A stretch of DNA of 64,000 nucleotides from Candidatus Eiseniibacteriota bacterium. Lineage in GTDB: Bacteria > Eisenbacteria > RBG-16-71-46 > CAVPCR01. Under the pieces are notes generated by a model. It searched no databases, was not told where the DNA came from, and saw only the letters and a list, made by a program, of their open reading frames with translations. Shown here piece after piece: positions 21,130 through 29,520 of this stretch. Positions within the stretch are counted from its first letter, which is position 1. The number at the start of each line of letters is the position of its first letter. The position numbers and the translations under genes were made by a program. The stretch lies in NCBI GenBank assembly GCA_963702435.1, contig CAVPCR010000001.1, positions 32,001 to 96,000 on the forward strand, read 5' to 3'.

Positions 21130-22344
21130 ATGGCGACGCAGATCCCTTCGAGCAAGAGCCTGATCGATCTCGAGACCCAGTACGGCGCCCACAACTACCA
21201 CCCGCTCGACGTGGTGATCGAGCGGGGCGAGGGCGTCTACCTCTGGGATGTCGAGGGCAAGCGCTACATGGACTTCCTGGCCGCCTACTCGGCCGTCAAC
21301 CAGGGCCACTGCCACCCGCGGATCGCGGCGGCGCTTGCCCGGCAGGCGAAGAAGCTCGCCCTCACCTCGCGGGCCTTCCGCAACGACGTGTTCCCCCCGC
21401 TCCTCGAGAAGCTGTGCAGGCTGACCGGGTTCGACCGGGCGCTCCTCATGAACAGCGGCGCCGAGGCCGTCGAGACTGCGATCAAGGCCGCGCGCAAGTG
21501 GGGCTACGACGTGAAGGGGATCCCCTACCCGGAAGCCGAGATCATCGTCTGCGAGGGGAACTTCCACGGCCGGACGACGACCATCGTCGGCTTCTCGACC
21601 GACCCCGACAGCACGAGCCGCTTCGGTCCCTTCACCCCCGGGTTCCGGATCGTGCCCTACGGTGATCTCGAGGCCATGCGCGCGGCGTTCACGCCGCGCA
21701 CCTGCGCCGTCCTGGTCGAGCCGATCCAGGGCGAGGGGGGTGTCGTCATCCCGCCCCGGGGATTCCTCGCGGGACTCCGCGAGCTGTGCAACCGCGAGAA
21801 GGCGCTCCTCATCCTGGATGAGATCCAGTCGGGACTCGGTCGCACCGGGAAGATGTTCGCCTTCGAGCACGAGGGGATCCGGCCCGACGGCGTCACGATC
21901 GGGAAGGCGCTCTCCGGCGGCTATTATCCGGTGTCGGCGTTCCTCGCCGACGCGAAGGTGATGGATGTCTTCACCCCCGGGATCCATGGATCCACCTACG
22001 GGGGCAACCCGCTCGCCTGCGCCGTGGCCAGCGAGGCGCTCGACGTGCTGGTCGAGGAACGGCTGGTCGAGCGCGCCGCCGAGCTCGGGGACTACCTCAA
22101 GACGCGACTCAACGGGCTCGACTCCCCGCGCGTGAAGGAGGTCCGTTCGATCGGCCTGTGGGCCGGCATCGAGCTCCATGCATCGGCGGGCGGCGCCCGC
22201 CAGTACTGCTACGCGCTCAAGGACCGCGGCATGCTCTGCAAGGACACGCACACGCACACGATCCGCCTCGCGCCGCCGCTGGTCATCACGCGCGAGCAGA
22301 TCGACTGGGCGGTGGGCCAGCTACGCGAGGTGCTGGCGCAGTAA
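21130..22344 (+). CDS. rocD: Ornithine--oxo-acid aminotransferase
   Basis: YGAHNYHPL, AYSAVNQGHCHP, NSGAEAVETAIK, DEIQSGLGRTG, GKALSGG and HGSTYGGNPL. Confidence 0.93.
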   Translation: MATQIPSSKSLIDLETQYGAHNYHPLDVVIERGEGVYLWDVEGKRYMDFLAAYSAVNQGHCHPRIAAALARQAKKLALTSRAFRNDVFPPLLEKLCRLTGFDRALLMNSGAEAVETAIKAARKWGYDVKGIPYPEAEIIVCEGNFHGRTTTIVGFSTDPDSTSRFGPFTPGFRIVPYGDLEAMRAAFTPRTCAVLVEPIQGEGGVVIPPRGFLAGLRELCNREKALLILDEIQSGLGRTGKMFAFEHEGIRPDGVTIGKALSGGYYPVSAFLADAKVMDVFTPGIHGSTYGGNPLACAVASEALDVLVEERLVERAAELGDYLKTRLNGLDSPRVKEVRSIGLWAGIELHASAGGARQYCYALKDRGMLCKDTHTHTIRLAPPLVITREQIDWAVGQLREVLAQ

Positions 22345-22522
22345 GCGAACAGGTGGATCACGCTCACACGATCCCCGGTCCAGAGAGATCCGCTCCAGCG
22401 AGCATGGCTGACGGTCGCTCGTGAACTGCGACGACGCCCCGCCACATCGCCTTTCCGGAATCTGCTAATCTCGTGACGTTCCGGAACACCCGCCTTCGCT
22501 CTTGCTCCTCAAGGAGGTCTTG

Positions 22523-24496
22523 ATGCCCCCCCGCACCACCATCCGTGGCCTGATCCCGTGCCTTGTCCGCCGGCACCTTCCCATCGCTTTCATGATTCTC
22601 GTCCTTGGCGTCCCGGCGGCCGCGGCGCCCCCGCCACCGGCCGTGCCCCCGGACACCAAGATCGAGATCATCACGTCCTCATCGGGGCCACGAGGCCTCA
22701 CCGAGGGCGAACGAGCGAAGCTCGAGTTGCTCCGCCGGCGCATGACCGGCCGAAAGGGTCCAGGCGCGGGAACGGATCACGTGGCGGCGGAGGCGGGACT
22801 GGCACCGCCGGTTCCCGCTCTCGAGCTGCTCCCGGCGCCGCGATGGGATGCCGGGCCGGCCGCGGGCCTCGCGAGCCCCGCGGAGAGCGCAGCGCTCATC
22901 TGCACCTATCAGCCGATGCCGGACGATTTCATCACCGGCCTCAACTTCACGCCGGCTTACTTCTCCTTCGACCAGAACGTCGTCTACTGGAACGTGGTGG
23001 GCGTCAAGTCGAACCTCGTCTCCGACTGGGACCTCGGGGTGTGGGACGCCACCGCGCCCGATCCCGATTGCGTGGCGACACTGCTCGCCACATCGAACCG
23101 CTTCACCGGCATGGATTTCGTGGTGGGCGACTACAACCACAATCCTCTGGGCACGGACTATGCCCGCGTGAGCCGCTTCTCGGGAGCCGACATCGGAACC
23201 GTCATGTATGAAGCAGGCGCCGACATCCTGCCGGTCAACGAGCTCCGCTTCGTCTCCGCGAGCTTCCCGAGGATCCAGATCTGGGACATCTTCCTCGAGG
23301 CCGGAAGCGCCTACACCTTCTTCCTCGACATGCGACCGGAAGACGTCACCGACCTGCGCCTCTTCCTGTTCCACAACCCGGCCGCCGCCCCCTACTGGGC
23401 AGGACGCAACGCTCGCGTTCACGAGCAAGGCCTCGAATATGGTTCCTACAGCACGGGACCGGCCGATTGGTACGGCCTCGTCGTCGAGGATGAGACCGGG
23501 GCTGGGGGGGTCTACGGCATCCGCGTCAAGGACTGTTCGGGTCCGCTTCCGCTCGCGCATGGAGGAGGAGTCCTGACCCAGAATCCGGGCGATGTCTACG
23601 GCCTGACCCAGGGGGCCGGGGTCTGGGCCGGAGTGGGCGTGGCGGGGGGACCCAACACCTGGGCGGCGCAGATCTATCAGCCGGGCATCGGTGTTCCATG
23701 GCCGGCGTGCTGGGGCCCGCTCATCACCGAGGATGTGGGAACGTCAACTCGCCTCGTCCTCGGCGACTTCCGCGTCAATCCGCCCGGCACCTACCATCCG
23801 GGAGCCGTGAAGCAGGTGCTCGGCGGCGTCGGCAACGCGTACATCGAATGGGACGACGGCCGGAACAGCATTGTCGTCGACGGTCCGCCGGTCGCTCAAA
23901 CGTATGGTGAGAGCGACGTGTTCGATCTCTGGAACGTGGAGCTCACGGCGGGTGTCGAGTACACGCTCGATTTCCAGCCCGCGGGGCCTGCATCGATCAC
24001 GCTGCTCCTCTTCGGTAACCCCGGTGTGAGCCCCTACTGGCCGCAGCGCGGGAACCGGATCCTCGAGACCACGACCGCGACCACCTTCACCCCGGGAGCG
24101 TCGGGGTCGTATGCGCTGGTCGCGGTCAAGGATGACTTCCTCGTCGGGTCCTATTCGCTGGCGGTCAGGACGGACCAGACGGCAATCGTCCCGGCCGGAA
24201 GCGCGGTGCCGCCCATGACCCGTCTCCGCGCGGTGACTCCGATCCCGATGCGCAATGATCTACGGATCGATTTCGATCTGAGCGAGCCCGCTCCGGTCAC
24301 GTTCTCCATCGTGGATGTGAGTGGGCGGTCGGTCGTGGAGCTTCCGGTCGAGACCCGGCCGGCAGGGACCTGGTCCGAGCGCTGGACCGGTCGGGACGGG
24401 AGCGGCCGGCGCGTCCCCGCGGGCGCCTACTGGATCCGGATGTCCGTCGCCGGCCGGGGCGAGGTGGGTCGGCAGAAGATCATCGTGATCAAGTAG
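22523..24496 (+). CDS. Secreted protein with two ~210-aa internal repeats and C-terminal FlgD-Ig/T9SS-CTD-like domain
   Basis: RBS AAGGAGG, signal peptide, duplicated motifs (VVGDYNHNP/VLGDFRVNP, LFHNP..PYW/LFGNP..PYW) and tail VDVSGRSV...WTGRDGSGRRVPAGAYWIR. Confidence 0.75.
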   Translation: MPPRTTIRGLIPCLVRRHLPIAFMILVLGVPAAAAPPPPAVPPDTKIEIITSSSGPRGLTEGERAKLELLRRRMTGRKGPGAGTDHVAAEAGLAPPVPALELLPAPRWDAGPAAGLASPAESAALICTYQPMPDDFITGLNFTPAYFSFDQNVVYWNVVGVKSNLVSDWDLGVWDATAPDPDCVATLLATSNRFTGMDFVVGDYNHNPLGTDYARVSRFSGADIGTVMYEAGADILPVNELRFVSASFPRIQIWDIFLEAGSAYTFFLDMRPEDVTDLRLFLFHNPAAAPYWAGRNARVHEQGLEYGSYSTGPADWYGLVVEDETGAGGVYGIRVKDCSGPLPLAHGGGVLTQNPGDVYGLTQGAGVWAGVGVAGGPNTWAAQIYQPGIGVPWPACWGPLITEDVGTSTRLVLGDFRVNPPGTYHPGAVKQVLGGVGNAYIEWDDGRNSIVVDGPPVAQTYGESDVFDLWNVELTAGVEYTLDFQPAGPASITLLLFGNPGVSPYWPQRGNRILETTTATTFTPGASGSYALVAVKDDFLVGSYSLAVRTDQTAIVPAGSAVPPMTRLRAVTPIPMRNDLRIDFDLSEPAPVTFSIVDVSGRSVVELPVETRPAGTWSERWTGRDGSGRRVPAGAYWIRMSVAGRGEVGRQKIIVIK

Positions 24497-24739
24497 GCCC
24501 GGGCCGGCGTGACCGGGGGGCGATCCCGCAGGATCGTCTGGGTCCCGGCCGCAGCGGCGTTGGAGATTCGCCTGCCGAGTAAGCTGACCGGAACGCCCGG
24601 CGCCCACGTGCTCCCGCGCCCAGGCGCCCGGCACCCTCCCTCCCACGAGATCGAGCGGCTTCCCGGCGTTCGCTTGCCGCCCCCGGGACGTATTCTCGGG
24701 TGATAACCAGCCTGTAGGAGCCAAACAGAGGAGTCGACG

Positions 24740-27700
24740 ATGGCCCGTTCCCGATTGGGCGATTGCGCCCCTTTCCTGCCCGACCCCCGGCGGGCAGCCT
24801 TCTGGTTGACGATGGGCCCGGTCCTCGTCACGTTCCTCGTCATCCTGCCGCCGCGCGAGAGCACCGCGGCCGGCCGTGCCCCCTCCGGCGGAGGCGGCAC
24901 CCCGGAGGCGCTCGCGGGCCCAGGTCCGGACGGGTGGAGCACATCGCTCGCCAGCATCGCCGGGGTCCTCCCGCCGGAGACCACGCCGCTCGGCGCCCTG
25001 AGCGCGGAGCCGCTCACGACCTGGATCTACGAGTCGAACCAGGCCGGTGCGCGATTCGGATCCTCGGTCTCGACCGCGGGGGACGTCAACGGAGACGGCT
25101 ACTCGGACCTGATCGTCGGAGCGCCCACCTTCGACAACGGTCAGAATGATGAAGGCCGCGCCTTCGTCTTCCATGGTTCGGCCACCGGCCTTTCGCTCAC
25201 GCCGGACTGGGTCACCGAGTCGAACGCCGCCAGCTCGCTCTATGGACTCTCGGTGTCCGCCGCCGGGGACGTGAACGGCGACGGATTCGGCGACGTGATC
25301 GTCGGCGCACCCTTCTTCATGAACGGAGAGTCGGAAGAGGGTCGCTTCTACGTGTTCCACGGCTCGGCGGCGGGGCTTTCCACCACGCCGGCGCGGCTCG
25401 TGGAATCCAATCGAGTCGGAGCCGCCCTCGGCTGGTCCGTCTGCACGGCGGGCGACGTCAATCAGGATGGGTTCGCGGACGTGGTAGTCGGCGCGCCGCT
25501 CGACGACAATGGACTGGTCGACGAAGGGCGCGCCTATGTCTACCTCGGTTCCGCCACCGGGATTGCGGCGGCGCCGGCCTGGATCGGGGAGTCAAACGGC
25601 GTCGGGGCCCAGTACGGGATCTCGGTCTCGACCGCGGGAGACGTCAACGGGGACGGCTTCGCCGACGTGATCGTGGGCGCGGATCGCTTCGACAACGGCG
25701 AGAACAACGAGGGCCGTTCCTTCGTCTATCACGGATCGGCGGCCGGCCTCTCGACGACCGTGGCCTGGACTGCGGAATCCAATCAGAGCCAGGCGCAGTT
25801 CGCGCACTCGGTGGCGGGTGCAGGGGACGTGAACGGTGACGGCTACGCCGATGTCATCGTCGGCGCCAACCTCTACGACAACATCTTCACCGACGAAGGC
25901 CGCACCTTCGTCTACCACGGTTCGGCGACCGGGCTCGCGGCCGCCCCGGCATGGGAGACGAGCCCGAACCAGGCAGGCGCTCAGTGGGGCGCCTCGGTGG
26001 CCACCGCCGGCGACTACAACGGCGACGGCTATGCCGACATCATCCTCGGCGCGCCGTTCTTCGGCAACACGATGCCGCGGGGCGGAGCCTTCTTCCTCCA
26101 CGCCGGCACGGCCAACGGCCTCCAGACCTTCTCGATCCTGCCACTGGGATTCGACGGGCAGGCCGCCCAGTTCGGCTGCGCGGTGGGTACCGCCGGAGAC
26201 GTGGACGGGGACGGGTTGAGCGACGTCGTGATCGGCGCCAACCTCTTCGACAATGGCCAGACCGACGAGGGCCAGGCGCAGGTCCACATGGGTCGCTCGT
26301 CGGGGCTCGCCCCATTCGGTCCCTGGACCGCCGACGGCAGCGCCGCCGGGATCGAGTTCGGCACGTCGGTCGCCGGCGCCGGGGACGTGAACGGCGATGG
26401 GTATTCGGACGTCATCGTGGGCGCTCCGGGCTTCGACAACGGCCAGGTCGACGAAGGGCGGGCGTTCCTCTTCCTGGGCGGAGCGAACGGTCTCGCCGCC
26501 ACGCCGGCATGGAGCGCGGAACCCAATCTGATCAACGAGCACTTCGGATGGTCGGTCGCCGGCGCCGGGGACGTGAACGGGGACGGCTACTCGGACGTGA
26601 TCATCGGCACCAACGACAGCGACGACGGCAACCAGGAACGCGCCTTCGTCTACCAGGGCTCGCCCGGCGGGCTCGCCGCCACTCCGGCCTGGACCGGGAC
26701 AATCGTCCAGTTGAACGCCGGGTTCGGGAACGCGGTGGCAGCAGCGGGAGACGTGAATGGCGACGGCTTCGCAGATGTCCTCGTCGGAGCACCCCGCTTC
26801 GACAACGGCCAGACCGATGAAGGACGGGCGTTTCTCTACCTCGGATCGGAATCCGGGCTCTCGACCTCCCCGCTCTGGACTGCGGAATCGAACCAGGCGA
26901 CGAGCCTCTTCGGCTCAGCCGTGTCCACCGCGGGCGACGTGAATGGAGATGGGTTCTCCGACGTGATCGCCGGAGCACCCGCGTTCACCGGCGGTCAGAC
27001 CGCCGAAGGGCGAGCCTTCCTCTATCTGGGCGGCGCGGGAGGGCCGGCGGCGGTACCGGTCTGGACCGGCGAGCCGAACCAGGCGAACGCCTCCTTCGGG
27101 GGCGCGGTCGCCGGCGCGGGGGATGTGAACGGCGACGGGTTCTCGGACTTCGCCGTCGGTGCGAAGGACTATGACATCGTCGGCTCGGACGCCGGGCGAG
27201 TCTATGCCTTCCTGGGCTCCGCCACGGGGATTCCGGTGGATCCCCCCGGGATCATCGACGGCAACTCGGCCGCCGGTCATCTCGGCAAAGCGCTCAGCAC
27301 GGCGGGGGATGTCAACCAGGATGGGTTCTCGGACCTCATCATCGGTGCCGACGTCTACTTCTCTGACGGGTTCAATCGCAGCCAGGGCCGCGGAATGGAG
27401 GGCGGCGGCAACGACTGCGGGGCGATCGTCTTTCAGGGCTCGGCGAGCGGGATCCTGTCCTTTCCGTCCTGGGCGGTCGGCTTCGACCTGACCGCTTCCC
27501 GCTTCGGCGCCTCGGTCGCCGCTGCGGGGGACGTCGACGGCGATGGCTTCGGCGACGTCATCGTCGGCGAGCCCGGGTTCGACAACGTGCAGATCGACCG
27601 GGGCCGGGCTCATGTCCATGGGAACTGGTTCGATGGGCTGCCGCACATCGCGCGCCAGGCGCGGGCCGACGATTCGGCTCCGATCGCGATCCTCGGGCGC

Positions 27701-28336
27701 ACGGACTCGCCGAACGGATTCCAGCTCAAGACACTCGGCCGAACCCCGGGAGGACGCGGCCGGGTGCGGATGCACTACGAGGTGAAGCCCGCGGACACCC
27801 CCTTCGATGGGTCCGGGGTCGTCGCGGGAGCGTTCGCGATGACCGGCGCCCCGGGGGCCGGAGGGAGCACCATTCCCCTGTCGCTCCTCGCCGGGAGTCT
27901 GAATCCCGGCGTGCTCTATCACTGGCGTCTCCGCGTGGCAACCGACTCGCCGTTCTTCCCGCATTCGCGCTGGCTCTGGGCCCCCGACAACGCGCTCACC
28001 GAGGCCGACGTGCGCACCACGGCCACGACCGGCCTCGACGCGGCCGCGGCGCCGCCGGCCGCGGCATGGCTCGGCACCGGCGTCCCCAACCCCTTCACCA
28101 CGCACACCGAGATCACCTACGCCCTCCCGAACGCGGCGAAGCTTGAGCTCGCGGTCTACGATGTGAGCGGACGGAAGGTCGCCACGCTCGCCCGGGGGAC
28201 GGAGTCCGCCGGACGCCACCTCGTGCGTTGGGACGGGCGCGACGCCGCGGGGCGCGCGCTGCCGGCGGGCGTCTACTTCCTCCGGCTCGACCTCGCGGAG
28301 CATCACGAAGCGAGGAAGCTCGTCCTCGCCCGATAA
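24740..28336 (+). CDS. FG-GAP (integrin-alpha-like) repeat protein, 14 blades, with C-terminal FlgD-Ig/T9SS-CTD-like domain
   Basis: Fourteen AGD(V/Y)(N/D)(G/Q)DG..D..(V/I)G units and tail PNPF...YDVSGRKV...WDGRDAAGRALPAGVYFLRL. RBS GAGGAG. Confidence 0.9.
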   Translation: MARSRLGDCAPFLPDPRRAAFWLTMGPVLVTFLVILPPRESTAAGRAPSGGGGTPEALAGPGPDGWSTSLASIAGVLPPETTPLGALSAEPLTTWIYESNQAGARFGSSVSTAGDVNGDGYSDLIVGAPTFDNGQNDEGRAFVFHGSATGLSLTPDWVTESNAASSLYGLSVSAAGDVNGDGFGDVIVGAPFFMNGESEEGRFYVFHGSAAGLSTTPARLVESNRVGAALGWSVCTAGDVNQDGFADVVVGAPLDDNGLVDEGRAYVYLGSATGIAAAPAWIGESNGVGAQYGISVSTAGDVNGDGFADVIVGADRFDNGENNEGRSFVYHGSAAGLSTTVAWTAESNQSQAQFAHSVAGAGDVNGDGYADVIVGANLYDNIFTDEGRTFVYHGSATGLAAAPAWETSPNQAGAQWGASVATAGDYNGDGYADIILGAPFFGNTMPRGGAFFLHAGTANGLQTFSILPLGFDGQAAQFGCAVGTAGDVDGDGLSDVVIGANLFDNGQTDEGQAQVHMGRSSGLAPFGPWTADGSAAGIEFGTSVAGAGDVNGDGYSDVIVGAPGFDNGQVDEGRAFLFLGGANGLAATPAWSAEPNLINEHFGWSVAGAGDVNGDGYSDVIIGTNDSDDGNQERAFVYQGSPGGLAATPAWTGTIVQLNAGFGNAVAAAGDVNGDGFADVLVGAPRFDNGQTDEGRAFLYLGSESGLSTSPLWTAESNQATSLFGSAVSTAGDVNGDGFSDVIAGAPAFTGGQTAEGRAFLYLGGAGGPAAVPVWTGEPNQANASFGGAVAGAGDVNGDGFSDFAVGAKDYDIVGSDAGRVYAFLGSATGIPVDPPGIIDGNSAAGHLGKALSTAGDVNQDGFSDLIIGADVYFSDGFNRSQGRGMEGGGNDCGAIVFQGSASGILSFPSWAVGFDLTASRFGASVAAAGDVDGDGFGDVIVGEPGFDNVQIDRGRAHVHGNWFDGLPHIARQARADDSAPIAILGRTDSPNGFQLKTLGRTPGGRGRVRMHYEVKPADTPFDGSGVVAGAFAMTGAPGAGGSTIPLSLLAGSLNPGVLYHWRLRVATDSPFFPHSRWLWAPDNALTEADVRTTATTGLDAAAAPPAAAWLGTGVPNPFTTHTEITYALPNAAKLELAVYDVSGRKVATLARGTESAGRHLVRWDGRDAAGRALPAGVYFLRLDLAEHHEARKLVLAR

Positions 28337-28446
28337 GGCGGTGGGGAGAGAAGACCGCGGAGCGGCGGCGACGCCGAAGTCGAAGAAGCGACGACCGCGA
28401 ACGGGAGTGTCCACAAAGAGACCCGCTCCCTAGATGTGAATGGCTC

Positions 28447-28524
<78 letters not shown>

Positions 28525-28612
28525 AAGAGGTTGGATGCGGGACCGGCGCCTGGCCGCTGCGCTGCGAGGCCCGCGTGGCGCGCGGGGCGCCGCACTGAAT
28601 CGAAGCCTGACG

Positions 28613-28642
28613 ACTATAGCGGCCGGACCGCGCCAGGGTCAA
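28613..28642 (-). promoter_or_regulatory. Sigma70-type promoter for tRNA-Glu
   Basis: TTGACC-N18-TATAGT on the minus strand. Confidence 0.6.
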
Positions 28643-28668
28643 CCGGCAGATCAACCGGCAGAAACGAC

Positions 28669-28712
28669 GCGCGGGAGAGGGCCTGATCCGTGCGGTCAGG
28701 CCTCCCCCGCGC
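28669..28712 (-). terminator. Long GC-rich hairpin downstream of lexA, probable terminator
   Basis: GCGCGGGAGAGGGCCTGATCCG-TG-CGGTCAGGCCTCCCCCGCGC. Confidence 0.5.
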
Positions 28713-28738
28713 TACCTCTCCCCTCGGCTCGAACCCAT

Positions 28739-28834
28739 GCTCTCGCGTCCTGACGCGGCCCGGCTAGTGCTTCCTGAAGACGCCCTGGCTCTCGCGTCCT
28801 GACGCGACCCGGCTAGAGCTTCCTGAAGACGCCC
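28739..28834. repeat. 47-bp tandem duplication (period 49) covering the lexA 3' end and downstream palindrome
   Basis: Copies at 28739-28785 and 28788-28834 differ at 2 positions. Confidence 0.9.
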
Positions 28835-29442
28835 ACGACCTTCCCGACGAGCTGGAACGAGCGATCGCTCGAGACCGCGATCGGCGAGTAAGCCGGATTC
28901 GCCGGCTCGAGGGTGACCTCGCCGCGACGGGTGCGGAGGCGCTTGACCGTGGCCTCTTCCTCGATGATGGCGGCAACGATGTCCCCGTCGTCCGCGTGCT
29001 CCTCCCCGTTCACGAGCACGTAGTCGCCGTTCAAGATTCCGGCGTCGCGCATCGAGTCGCCGGCCACCTTGAGCAGGAAGGGCTTCTCGCCGCGCACGAA
29101 GGAGCGGTCGAGCGAGATCTCCTCGACGATGTTCTCGACGGCGAGGATCGGCTCGCCGGCCGCGATGCGACCCACGACGGGCAGGACGACCACCTGGTCG
29201 GCGTCCCGCATCCCATCCGGCCGGCGCGCCATCGGGAACTCGATCGCGCGCGAGCGCTCGCGCGTGCGCACGATCCAGCCCTTCCGCTCGAGGGCGCCGA
29301 GGTGATCGACCACGGCGCGGGTCGAGCGGAAGCTGAAGTGGGTGGCCACCTCCCTGATCGAAGGCGGATACCCGCGCGTCTGCCAGAAGCCGAGCAGGAA
29401 GTCATAGACTTCCCGCTGGCGGTCGGTCAGCTCATCTCTCAT
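28813..29442 (-). CDS. lexA: LexA SOS repressor
   Basis: LTDRQ, GYPPSIREV, HLGALERKG, Ala-Gly cleavage site GRIAAG, catalytic GDSM and TVKR. RBS AGGAGG. Confidence 0.95.
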   Translation of the reverse strand: MRDELTDRQREVYDFLLGFWQTRGYPPSIREVATHFSFRSTRAVVDHLGALERKGWIVRTRERSRAIEFPMARRPDGMRDADQVVVLPVVGRIAAGEPILAVENIVEEISLDRSFVRGEKPFLLKVAGDSMRDAGILNGDYVLVNGEEHADDGDIVAAIIEEEATVKRLRTRRGEVTLEPANPAYSPIAVSSDRSFQLVGKVVGVFRKL

Positions 29443-29520
29443 GGCACCTCCTGTGAGCACTTCGAGAACGCGGCATGCCGGCCGGCTCATCACTCCGATG
29501 ACCGAGCTCACTCAAGTCGC

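Noticed and set aside
22345..28446. Integrative element or prophage at tRNA-Glu
   Set aside because: No integrase or phage genes, and no duplicated tRNA 3' end was found at the far boundary.
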